A stretch of DNA of 40,006 bases from Lachnospiraceae bacterium (GTDB lineage: Bacteria > Bacillota > Clostridia > Lachnospirales > Lachnospiraceae), in assembly GCA_036570305.1 (NCBI GenBank), contig DATCYL010000014.1:1-40006 (forward strand), written 5' to 3'. The notes below the pieces were generated by a model. That model ran no database searches and was not told the DNA's origin. It saw only the letters and a program-made list of their open reading frames with translations. The first letter of the stretch is position 1. Each line of letters begins with the position of its first letter. A program made the position numbers and the translations under genes. This document shows, in pieces, positions 21,378-29,955 of this stretch.

Positions 21378-23651
21378 ATGAAGGTAAGAGTAAAAACTGT
21401 AATATTAACTCTTTTGTTTATATTAAGCAGTATTATAGGGGGTGCTTTTCTTACGGGCAAAGTATATGCTCAGGGAAATGATATAAGTGGTTTGGTAGTA
21501 AGAGATTTAGAAGTTTCGCAGTCTCAAATCAATGATGGAGAAAGATTTAAGGTAACTGTGAAGTTTGCTGAAGATGATACTTATAGTATTAAAAATGGAG
21601 ATATTATAAATATTACCTGGACAAGAGAAAATGAGATTTCGTTGAACGGTTTTTCTACAAGCATTCCACTGGATGTTCAAGGAATAAACGTCGGTCAGGC
21701 AGTAATTAGAGAAAACGGTGCAACGATTACTTTTAATGAAAAGGTTGATAAGTTAAATGAAGTAGAGGGATTTGTTTCCTTTGAAGTAAGTGGAAGAAAT
21801 TTTGCACAAACGTCGGAAGAAGATACAAAAGAAGGATTTATAAGGGCGGGAAATAAGGACGTATCTGTAAGTGTAGTCAAGCCAAAGGCAGGCACAAACA
21901 GTGTGTTTTATTATAAAACAGGAAATATGGATCACAATGACACCGAGCATGTAAACTGGTGGCTAAATGCCAATATGAACAAGGGATATGTGGCTAAGGA
22001 GATTAGAATTGAAGACCAAATCCAAGGTGGACAGGAACTTGATAAGGATAGTTTTTATATTACGGTAACAGACCATAATGAAGAGATAAAAACATTTTCA
22101 GGTCAGGATGCACTTTATAAATTTGCACAGGAGTATGTAGGATGCTCTATTACGGTTGATGGAAATAAAATATCGGTGTATATATCGGCGGGGCATGCTT
22201 CTCATAGCCGGTTTGTGATTTATTATAGGACCAGTATAAAGGATTTTAAGCAAAAAGAGTTTGAAAACCATTCACAGGCATGGTACCAGGAATGGGAAAA
22301 GGAAGCGGTTGAAGGGCAGGACTTTAATTATACAGTTAAAAATATAAATGTTAGTGCAGGTATTACCGGAACTATAAAAGGAGAGTTAAAAATAGTTAAA
22401 AACCTTGCAGGGACAAAAGAAGGTATTGCGGGAGTAAAGTTTAGACTCCAAAATTCTCAAGGAACTGTAATTAAAGATGGACAGTCAGAAATTATACTGG
22501 AAACAAATGAGGAGGGAATTGCTAATATAAAGAATCTTTCGGTAGGAAGCTATAAGGTAAAAGAAGTCAGTGCTCCTAAATGGATTGATTTTGATCCCCT
22601 AACAGCAGAGGAATTAAAGTTTGAGGTGAATGCGGATGATACCGAAGGAACCTTACTTACGGTGGAAAATAAAGCGAAAAAGATAAATATTCCTGTTGAA
22701 AAGAAGTGGTTAGATAGTAAAGGAAATTTAAAGGATGCTGCCGGCGAAGTTACGGTGGAATTGTTTAGGGATAAGAAACCTTTAGATCCGGCAAAGAGGA
22801 TTGTCTTGACAAAAGATAATCTAAAGGCGGTATTTGAAGATTTAGACCAGTATGACAAAACAGATAAACATGAGTATGAATATACAGTTAGAGAGCTTGA
22901 TGATTCCAAAGCGGTTGTTGAAAATGAAGGAAGCATTAAGTTTGAAGATATCTGGTATAAAGTGCAGGTACTTGGTTCCGGCAAAGATGGTTTTGTTATT
23001 ACGAATCAGGAAAAACCAAAACAAACACCTTTAACACCGGCAACAACAAGCTTAAAGGTAGAAAAGGAATGGAAAAATACAGAGGTTAAAAATGCTCCGG
23101 AAGTAACAGTGTATCTTATCAAAAATGGAGAGAATACAAAAGAGGAGTTAAAACTTAATAAAAACAATGGTTGGAGCGGTGAATTTAAGAATCTTAAAGT
23201 AGTAGATGATATCAAATCCAAGAAGGTAAATGTCTATACTATCAAAGAAAAAAATGAAGTAGATGGAAGGATTGTCTTGGAGGGTATTACTTATAAGGTA
23301 AGCTATGATGGTGGAAAAGTAATTAACACAAAGGTGGAAGAGCCTAAAAAAGAAGAGCCCAAGGAGCCTAAAAAAGAAGAGCCCAAGGAGCCTAAAAAAG
23401 AAGAGCCCAAGGAGCCTAAAAAAGAGGAACCCAAGGAGCCTAAAAAAGAGGAACCCAAGGAGCCTAAAAAAGAGGAACCCAAAGCGCCTAAAAAAGAGTT
23501 TAAAAAAGCTAATAAAGAGGAAACAAGGAAAAAAGAAGAGAATCGTACATCACCTAAAACAGGAGATTTTTCTAATACGGGAGGATATTTTGCTATCATG
23601 TTGATATCCGGACTTATCGTTTATAAAGTTCAAAAAAAGGAAGAATTTTAG
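21378..23651 (+). CDS. Sortase-anchored Cna-type adhesin (757 aa). It has a signal peptide, a collagen-binding-like A region, Cna-B repeats, an (EPKKEEPK)n stalk and an SPKTGD sorting signal.
   Basis: The signal peptide is MKVRVKTVILTLLFILSSIIGGAFLTGKVYA/QG. An MSCRAMM-like A domain is present (GATITFNEKVDKLNEVEGFVSFEV). Cna-B modules include EKKWLD...YDKTDKHEYEYTVRE...VITN. SPKTGD (23550-23567) is followed by a hydrophobic helix and KKEEF. Confidence 0.9.
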   Translation: MKVRVKTVILTLLFILSSIIGGAFLTGKVYAQGNDISGLVVRDLEVSQSQINDGERFKVTVKFAEDDTYSIKNGDIINITWTRENEISLNGFSTSIPLDVQGINVGQAVIRENGATITFNEKVDKLNEVEGFVSFEVSGRNFAQTSEEDTKEGFIRAGNKDVSVSVVKPKAGTNSVFYYKTGNMDHNDTEHVNWWLNANMNKGYVAKEIRIEDQIQGGQELDKDSFYITVTDHNEEIKTFSGQDALYKFAQEYVGCSITVDGNKISVYISAGHASHSRFVIYYRTSIKDFKQKEFENHSQAWYQEWEKEAVEGQDFNYTVKNINVSAGITGTIKGELKIVKNLAGTKEGIAGVKFRLQNSQGTVIKDGQSEIILETNEEGIANIKNLSVGSYKVKEVSAPKWIDFDPLTAEELKFEVNADDTEGTLLTVENKAKKINIPVEKKWLDSKGNLKDAAGEVTVELFRDKKPLDPAKRIVLTKDNLKAVFEDLDQYDKTDKHEYEYTVRELDDSKAVVENEGSIKFEDIWYKVQVLGSGKDGFVITNQEKPKQTPLTPATTSLKVEKEWKNTEVKNAPEVTVYLIKNGENTKEELKLNKNNGWSGEFKNLKVVDDIKSKKVNVYTIKEKNEVDGRIVLEGITYKVSYDGGKVINTKVEEPKKEEPKEPKKEEPKEPKKEEPKEPKKEEPKEPKKEEPKEPKKEEPKAPKKEFKKANKEETRKKEENRTSPKTGDFSNTGGYFAIMLISGLIVYKVQKKEEF
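23340..23498 (+). repeat. Tandem 24-bp coding repeat, about 6.6 copies, encoding (EPKKEEPK)n
   Basis: Units 1-3 are GAGCCTAAAAAAGAAGAGCCCAAG. Units 4-6 are GAGCCTAAAAAAGAGGAACCCAAG. The two variants differ only synonymously. Confidence 0.95.
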
Positions 23652-23697
23652 GCCTTTTAGATGATTTGATTTTAATAAAAAGATAAAAAAATATAAT

Positions 23698-23740
23698 AAA
23701 ATCCCTACAATCCTATTTAGGAAAGTAGGGATTTTATTTT
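23698..23740. terminator. Bidirectional rho-independent terminator between the convergent adhesin and aldo/keto reductase genes
   Basis: AAAATCCCTAC (23698-23708) pairs with GTAGGGATTTT (23725-23735). T-runs are present on both strands. Confidence 0.75.
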
Positions 23741-23754
23741 GTCTAGAGCAAATG

Positions 23755-24681
23755 TTAGGGCAATATTTTGCCGGAAGCAAGATAAAGTTGATACCACTCG
23801 TGGTGCGTTAAATCCACGGTAACAGCCTGGCAAGCTTCTTTTAAGTGGTCAGGGTTCATAGTTCCAACGATAACCTGCATTTTTGCCGGATGACGAAGAA
23901 TCCAGGCAAGTGCAATAGCGGTTTTGGAAACCTGATAGCTTTTTGCAAGGTCTTCAAGTGCCTGATTGATTTTGGGGAAACGGGGATCGTCAACAAAACA
24001 ACCGTCAAACATACCTGCCTGAAGCGGTGACCAGGCCTGAACGGTAATATCATGCAGGCGACAGTAGTCTAAGGTGCCGTTATCACGGTCAATAGAACGC
24101 TCGGTAGTCAAATTGTTAATGTAAAGAGCCTGGTCAATCAACTGTGACTGCTCAAGAGAAAGCTGGAGCTGGTTAAAGACCAAGGGTTGTTTTACATATT
24201 TTTTAAGAACATCCGCCATCATAGGAGGAACATTGCTGATTCCGAAATGGCGAACTTTACCGCTTTTTTCCAAGATATCAAAAGCCTCCGCAACTTCTAT
24301 AGGGTCATAGATAAGATCCGGTCTGTGAAGTAAAAGTACATCTAAATAATCTGTTTTTAATCTCCTAAGGCTATCATCTACGCTGGATAAAATATTTTCT
24401 TTTGTCCAGTCAAATTCTTGACGTTCAAAGCAAAGTCCGCATTTGCTCTGGATAAAGATGTCCTCTCGTTTGATATCGGTTAAGGCAAAGGCATCTCCGA
24501 AACGACTTTCCGCCTCCCCGTTTCCATAACAGGTAGCATGATCAAAAAAATTGATGCCTAAATCTACAGCGGTTTGAATCACTTTTGCAGCCTCTTCTAC
24601 CGAGAGTGCAGGCATACGCATACAACCAAGGATAATGGAAGAGATATTTTTAGGTCCATGGACAGTATCCATCATTTTCAT
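23755..24681 (-). CDS. Aldo/keto reductase family oxidoreductase (308 aa)
   Basis: An AAGGAGG RBS is present. AKR motifs include INFFDHATCYGNGEAESRFG, LDVLLLHRPD, VRHFGISN and AIALAWILRHP. Confidence 0.85.
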   Translation of the reverse strand: MKMMDTVHGPKNISSIILGCMRMPALSVEEAAKVIQTAVDLGINFFDHATCYGNGEAESRFGDAFALTDIKREDIFIQSKCGLCFERQEFDWTKENILSSVDDSLRRLKTDYLDVLLLHRPDLIYDPIEVAEAFDILEKSGKVRHFGISNVPPMMADVLKKYVKQPLVFNQLQLSLEQSQLIDQALYINNLTTERSIDRDNGTLDYCRLHDITVQAWSPLQAGMFDGCFVDDPRFPKINQALEDLAKSYQVSKTAIALAWILRHPAKMQVIVGTMNPDHLKEACQAVTVDLTHHEWYQLYLASGKILP

Positions 24682-24792
24682 GGTAAAAAACCTCCTTTAA
24701 ACTATGTTTAAGTTTCTTGACTAAACTATAAGAAAATTATACGCTTTGAGGTCAGGTATCGCAAGCAATACTCGACTAAAACACTAAGGATT

Positions 24793-26115
24793 TTAATGGG
24801 CAGCAAGCTTCCAATAATGTAGACTATAAGCAGGAAGACAAATATTACCATCAAGCGGGACTTCCTGATTTGAAATCAGGTCAAAAGCCCTATGTGCACC
24901 AAAATGTTGAGGGATATAGGCTGAAAAATCAGCACTATCAGCATTGATAGCAATCCAGATTTTTTCTTCTTCAAATTCTCTTTGGAAAATAATCTGGCGG
25001 TTGGTTAAGATGATAGCCTGATAATCTCCATAAATCAAAGCTTTTTCTGTTTGCTTAAATTCTGCCAATGTGGATATCAGTTCCGTTAAATCATTCCAAT
25101 GTGGATAAGAAAGAGCCGGGCGAAGATTGTCATCAGAACCGTTTTCTTTGATTCCCTCTAATGCCCACTCGCTTCCATAGTATATACAGGGAATACCGGG
25201 CATGGCAAAAAGCAAGCCGTAGATAAGGGGCAGGTGATGCTTGTCTCTTAACATGGAGGCAATACGGTTGACATCATGGTTATCCACAAAGGATAAAAGT
25301 TGCTTTTTTTGATAAATGGCGTAAGGGTCTTTTCCAAACTGGCGATTTAAAGAATGAGAGATTTCAAAGAAATTCAAGTCGTTAAAACTGGAGTAAAGAC
25401 CTTTGTAGCATTCATAATTGGTACAGCTATCCAACATATCCGGATTTACAATACGGTTATAGTCTCCGAATAAGACTTCTCCCAAAAGGAAGAAATCCTC
25501 CTTGATACTTTTGCAAAAATGACGCAAATTCTGCATAAAAGCAGTGTCCAGGCAGTAGGCAACATCCAGACGAAGCCCGTCGATGTCAAAGCATTCTATC
25601 CACATGCGGATGCAGTCAAAAAGATAGTCGATTACTGCCGGGTTTTGTAGATTTAATTTAACTAATTCATAGTGCCCTTCCCAGCCCTCATAATAAAAAC
25701 CGTCATTGTAGGCGGAATTTCCATAAAAATCAATAAAAAACCAGTCTTTATAAGGGGAGGTTTCTCTTTTAGTGCGGACATCTTCAAATGCCCAAAAACC
25801 ACGTCCCACATGATGAAAGACACCGTCTAAGACGATGCGAATTCCATTTTCTTTTAATTGCCTGCAAAGATGAGCAAAATCCTCATTGTTTCCAAGGCGA
25901 ATGTCTATCTTTTTATAGTCTCTGGTATCGTAGCCGTGTCTGTCCGATTCAAAGATGGGTGAAAAATAAACAGAAGTAATTCCAAGTTTTTTAAGGTGGG
26001 GAATCCAGGAGGCTATTTTTTGAATACGATTTTGATAGATGCCGTCATTTTCTTTGGGGCAGTCACAAAAGCCTAGAGGATAAATTTGATAAAATATTTG
26101 ATTGTTGAACCACAT
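24793..26115 (-). CDS. Cytoplasmic GH13 alpha-amylase-family glycosidase (441 aa from the internal ATG)
   Basis: All four GH13 conserved regions are present: VLDGVFHHVG (I), IDGLRLDVAYCL (II, nucleophile Asp), FLLGEVLF (III, Glu) and FVDNHDV (IV). I prefer ATG at 26115 (AGGAG RBS, MWFNNQIFYQIYPLGF) over the hydrophobic, junk-like extension to 26229. Confidence 0.85.
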   Translation of the reverse strand: MWFNNQIFYQIYPLGFCDCPKENDGIYQNRIQKIASWIPHLKKLGITSVYFSPIFESDRHGYDTRDYKKIDIRLGNNEDFAHLCRQLKENGIRIVLDGVFHHVGRGFWAFEDVRTKRETSPYKDWFFIDFYGNSAYNDGFYYEGWEGHYELVKLNLQNPAVIDYLFDCIRMWIECFDIDGLRLDVAYCLDTAFMQNLRHFCKSIKEDFFLLGEVLFGDYNRIVNPDMLDSCTNYECYKGLYSSFNDLNFFEISHSLNRQFGKDPYAIYQKKQLLSFVDNHDVNRIASMLRDKHHLPLIYGLLFAMPGIPCIYYGSEWALEGIKENGSDDNLRPALSYPHWNDLTELISTLAEFKQTEKALIYGDYQAIILTNRQIIFQREFEEEKIWIAINADSADFSAYIPQHFGAHRAFDLISNQEVPLDGNICLPAYSLHYWKLAAH

Positions 26116-26209
26116 AATAAAATCTCCTAAATTTTTAAATTTGTATAGATATATGTATTTTAGCAGAAAAACGGTTGTTTTTGTGATTAACATAATAAAA
26201 AGCGGATTG

Positions 26210-26238
26210 TTGACAATTAAATTTGCCAATGATAAGGT
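26210..26238 (+). promoter_or_regulatory. Candidate promoter of the fused ABC/FtsX gene
   Basis: TTGACA (26210-26215), a 17-bp spacer, then TAAGGT (26233-26238), which is a weak -10. Confidence 0.35.
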
Positions 26239-26287
26239 GTAGACAGTAGAAATAGTGGGGGAATCAAGAGGGATAAGGAGTAGGTAG

Positions 26288-29200
26288 ATGTTAAAAATTC
26301 AAAATATAAGGAAAGAATATAAGACAGGCAGCCTCATCCAGAGAGCTTTGGATGATGTGAGCCTGTCTTTGCGCGATAATGAGTTTGTGGCTATATTGGG
26401 ACCCAGCGGTTCAGGAAAAACTACACTTTTAAATATCATAGGCGGCTTGGATCGCTATGACAGTGGAGATTTGATTATCAATGGGGTATCTACGAAGAAG
26501 TATAAAGATAGAGACTGGGATTCTTATAGAAATCATACCATAGGCTTTGTCTTTCAAAGCTATAATCTGATTCCTCACCAAACGGTAGCAGAAAATGTGG
26601 AGCTGGCACTTACGATTTCCGGTATAGGAAGAAAAGAGAGAAAGGAAAGGGCGCTTTTGGCATTAAAAGAGGTGGGGCTTTATGAGCATGCTCACAAAAG
26701 GCCAAACCAGCTTTCCGGAGGACAGATGCAAAGAGTTGCTATAGCAAGAGCTTTGGTAAATGACCCTCAAATTGTTCTGGCAGATGAGCCTACAGGGGCA
26801 CTGGACAGTGATACCAGTTTGCAGGTTATGGATTTGTTAAAGGAAGTAGCAAAGGATAGGCTGGTGGTTATGGTTACCCACAATCCGGAACTTGCCACCG
26901 AGTATGCCAATCGCATTGTTACCCTAAAGGACGGAAAAATTATTTCGGATAGCAATCCTTATGAGGAGAAAGAGAGACAGACAGAGGCAATTCACAAAAA
27001 TTTAGGCAAGGCATCTATGTCTTTTTTGACAGCACTTTCCCTAAGTTTTCATAACCTGACAACCAAAAAGGCAAGGACACTGTTGACAGCATTTGCAGGT
27101 TCCATCGGTATTATAGGGATTGCACTGATTCTAGCCCTATCTACCGGGGTAAATCGCTATATTCAAAAGGTAGAAGAAGATACCCTATCCGAGTACCCCC
27201 TACAAATTCAAAGCACAGGTTTTGATATGACCTCTATGATGATGGGGGCAAATACAGAAAAAAGTGATAAAAAAGAAACAGGGGAGGAAAGTGACAAGGT
27301 CAAAGTGGTAAAGACAGTGACCAATATGTTTACTACCATGAACGCCAATGATTTAAAGTCTTTGAAAGCATATTTTGACAGTGACAAAAGTAAAATCAAA
27401 GATTATACTAATGCCATTTCTTATACTTATCTTTTATCGCCCCAAATTTACAGGGTAGATAAAGATGATTATAGGCAGGTAAATCCTGACCAGTCTTTTA
27501 CTTCTTTGGGATTTGGCTCTTCAAGTACAGGAAACAGTCTAATGAGCAGGATAATGAGTACGGATGTCTTTTTTGAAATGCCACAAAGTCTAAAGCTATA
27601 TCAGGAGCAGTATGAAATAAAGGCAGGGCACTGGCCTAAAAAACATGATGAATTGGTTCTTGTTTTGACTTCAAGCGGGAAGATGAGTGACTTGCTTGCC
27701 TATGCTTTGGGACTTAGAGACAGTAAAGAACTGGACACTATGGTGGAGCAGTTTTTAAAAGAGGAGACGGTTACCATAGGCGAGGATATAGAAAAGACAG
27801 ACTATTCTTACCCAGAAATTTTAGGTAGAGAGTTTAAACTGGTAAGAAGTGCCGATTATTACCAATATGACCCGGATTATCAGGTCTGGAGAGATAAGCA
27901 TGAAAATAAAGACTATATGCAAGGGTTGGTAGAAAAAGGGGAAAAGCTTAAAATTGTGGGGATTGTAAAGCCTAAAGAAGATGCCAAGGCATCAGCGCTT
28001 AGCCTGGGAATAGGCTATCCGGCAAGTTTGACGGAACATGTGGTAGAGGAGGCAAAGAAGAGTGAAATCGTTGCCAAACAGTTGGAAAGTCCGGATGTCA
28101 ATGTATTTACCAAGCAAGCATTTGGGGAAAATACTAAGAAAAATTTTGACAATAAGGAGCTGTTTTCCATAGACAGTGGAGCATTAAAGGATGCCTTTGC
28201 TTTTGATGGAGATAAAATAAGTGACTTAGGTTCTGGTATGGATTTATCTACCATAGATTTTTCTTCCGCCTTTGCGGGGGAGGATTTTGATTTATCTTCT
28301 TTAGTGGATGTTAGTAAGTTGGACTTAACAGGGATGGACTTATCTTCTCTTGATGTAGAAAGTTTATTAAAAACCATGAGTATCAACCTGTCACAGGAAG
28401 GGTTGATAAGGTTGGGGGAAAGCTTACAGGAGGGCTATAAGACCTATGCAAGTCAACATCCACAGGCAGATTATTCTCATATATCTGATGATATGATATC
28501 CTACTTAAATTCTTCTGAGGGAAAAGAGATTTTAAAAGTTTTCGTGGAAGATAAGCTCTTAAGCCAGATACAGGTAGAAATTTCGGTGGAAGAAGCGAGG
28601 GAGCTTTTTAGAGAATTTTTAAAAGGTTATCTGGTCTTTGTCGAAGCCAATCATTATACGGACCCTAACCAACTTGACCAATACATAGAGGAATATTTGC
28701 AGACAGAAGAAGCTAAAGCTTTTATGGGAAGCTTAAAAGAAGACTTAATTTCAGATGTAAAGCTGGAAAGTCTTACAAGGGAGCAGATAGAAGAGCTGGC
28801 ACTAGCTTTGGCAAATGGTTATATAAGCTATGCAGAGAAAAACAATCTGCCGGATATTAGTAAAATGGGGGAACATTTTATTACTTATTTTAATAGTCCG
28901 GATGGGCAGACTAGATTTTTTGCAGGTATGGAGCAGGTGATAGACAAAGAAGAGGTCAATGGGCAGTTTGAGAAAGTGATAAAAGAGCTGATGGGACAGC
29001 TTGGTACTGCCAATGCCGATAGTTTTAAAGGGCAGATGACATCCTTAATGGGACAGATAAGCGGTCAAATGACAGAGGCTATAGGACAAGGGATGCAGGA
29101 GGCTATGGCAGGCTTGGGGGATAGTCTTAAGCTTGCTTTGGCAGATGGAATGAAATTTGATGAAGAAGCCTTTAAAAAAGCCTTTCAGATGAATATGACC

Positions 29201-29875
29201 GAGGATAGCCTAAAAGAGCTGATGATGTCTATGGCGGGAGAAAAAAATGCAAGCTATGAGGAGAATTTAAGACTTTTAGGGTATGTGGATTTTGCCAAGC
29301 CGTCAGCTATTAATATTTATCCCAAAGACTTTGTCAGCAAGGAAGAAGTTATTAAAATTTTGGATAATTATAACACTAAAATGAAAGAGGAGGGACAAAA
29401 AGAAAAGGTGATTACCTATACGGATGTAGTGGGGGCATTAATGTCTTCCGTCACGGATATTATTGATGTCATCAGCTATGTTTTAATTGCTTTTGTTGCC
29501 ATATCTTTGATAGTATCGTCCATCATGATCGGGGTGATTACTTATATTAGTGTTTTGGAGAGAAAAAAGGAAATTGGTATTTTGCGTGCCTTGGGAGCCT
29601 CCAAGGGCAATGTGTCTCAAGTTTTTAATGCAGAAACTTTTATCATCGGATTTTTGGCAGGAGTTATGGGAATCGGTTTGTCTTTGTTAATTTTAATTCC
29701 CGGAAATATGTTGATTCATCATTTAGCAAATACAAAGGAGGTATCAGCAACATTACCGATTTTACCGGGACTGATCTTGATTCTTTTAAGCGTCCTCTTA
29801 ACCTTACTGGGTGGTTTACTTCCCTCAAAAAAAGCGGCAAAGAGTGATCCGGTAACCGCACTTAGGACAGAATAA
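26288..29875 (+). CDS. Fused MacB-type ABC ATPase + FtsX-family permease with a ~770-aa extracytoplasmic insert (1195 aa)
   Basis: The N-terminal ATPase has Walker A GPSGSGKTT, signature LSGGQMQR and Walker B VLADEPTGALD. TM1 is around LLTAFAGSIGIIGIALILALS. The C-terminal FtsX module (ISVLERKKEIGILRALGASKG plus three helices) is followed by SDPVTALRTE. Confidence 0.9.
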   Translation: MLKIQNIRKEYKTGSLIQRALDDVSLSLRDNEFVAILGPSGSGKTTLLNIIGGLDRYDSGDLIINGVSTKKYKDRDWDSYRNHTIGFVFQSYNLIPHQTVAENVELALTISGIGRKERKERALLALKEVGLYEHAHKRPNQLSGGQMQRVAIARALVNDPQIVLADEPTGALDSDTSLQVMDLLKEVAKDRLVVMVTHNPELATEYANRIVTLKDGKIISDSNPYEEKERQTEAIHKNLGKASMSFLTALSLSFHNLTTKKARTLLTAFAGSIGIIGIALILALSTGVNRYIQKVEEDTLSEYPLQIQSTGFDMTSMMMGANTEKSDKKETGEESDKVKVVKTVTNMFTTMNANDLKSLKAYFDSDKSKIKDYTNAISYTYLLSPQIYRVDKDDYRQVNPDQSFTSLGFGSSSTGNSLMSRIMSTDVFFEMPQSLKLYQEQYEIKAGHWPKKHDELVLVLTSSGKMSDLLAYALGLRDSKELDTMVEQFLKEETVTIGEDIEKTDYSYPEILGREFKLVRSADYYQYDPDYQVWRDKHENKDYMQGLVEKGEKLKIVGIVKPKEDAKASALSLGIGYPASLTEHVVEEAKKSEIVAKQLESPDVNVFTKQAFGENTKKNFDNKELFSIDSGALKDAFAFDGDKISDLGSGMDLSTIDFSSAFAGEDFDLSSLVDVSKLDLTGMDLSSLDVESLLKTMSINLSQEGLIRLGESLQEGYKTYASQHPQADYSHISDDMISYLNSSEGKEILKVFVEDKLLSQIQVEISVEEARELFREFLKGYLVFVEANHYTDPNQLDQYIEEYLQTEEAKAFMGSLKEDLISDVKLESLTREQIEELALALANGYISYAEKNNLPDISKMGEHFITYFNSPDGQTRFFAGMEQVIDKEEVNGQFEKVIKELMGQLGTANADSFKGQMTSLMGQISGQMTEAIGQGMQEAMAGLGDSLKLALADGMKFDEEAFKKAFQMNMTEDSLKELMMSMAGEKNASYEENLRLLGYVDFAKPSAINIYPKDFVSKEEVIKILDNYNTKMKEEGQKEKVITYTDVVGALMSSVTDIIDVISYVLIAFVAISLIVSSIMIGVITYISVLERKKEIGILRALGASKGNVSQVFNAETFIIGFLAGVMGIGLSLLILIPGNMLIHHLANTKEVSATLPILPGLILILLSVLLTLLGGLLPSKKAAKSDPVTALRTE

Positions 29876-29891
29876 AAGGAAAAAATACAGA

Positions 29892-29920
29892 TTGAAATTA
29901 GATTTGAAATTTCTTAAAAT
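29892..29920 (+). promoter_or_regulatory. Candidate promoter of the Hsp70 / J-protein pair
   Basis: TTGAAA (29892-29897), a 17-bp spacer, then TAAAAT (29915-29920). It lies within a direct repeat with TTGAAAT at 29892 and again at 29904. Confidence 0.4.
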
Positions 29921-29955
29921 AAAGAAAAATAAATGAAGAATGTGTAGGAGAATAT

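Noticed and set aside
21200-21460. An 86-aa minus-strand ORF overlapping the start of the second adhesin gene
   Set aside because: It overlaps the adhesin signal-peptide coding region and its promoter. Its sequence is hydrophobic and AT-driven, with no RBS.
23340-23498. Whether the 24-bp tandem repeats could be a CRISPR array
   Set aside because: The units are directly adjacent with no spacers, they are in frame within a CDS, and they encode a Pro/Lys/Glu stalk. This is not a CRISPR array.
23303-23599. A minus-strand ORF with (LGSSF)n repeats
   Set aside because: It is the reverse-complement reading of the (EPKKEEPK)n tandem repeat within the adhesin gene and is an artefact of the repeat.
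26116-26229. N-terminal extensions of track ORFs: GH13 to 26229, LacI from 8036, SBP from GTG 9692, and ABC exporter 2 from 18284
   Set aside because: In each case an internal ATG with a properly spaced AGGAGG/GGGGGG RBS yields a canonical N-terminus (MWFNNQIFYQIYPLGF, MATIKEIAK, MKKRFLAMAM...C lipobox, or an ATGA-coupled MKKFLKK). The extensions add implausible residues.
29890-29911. The direct repeat GATTGAAATTA / GATTTGAAATT upstream of the Hsp70 gene as a response-regulator binding site
   Set aside because: There are only two imperfect copies, with TTGAAAT recurring at a 12-bp period. The first copy doubles as a plausible -35 hexamer, and no two-component genes lie nearby. I kept it only as part of the candidate promoter annotation.
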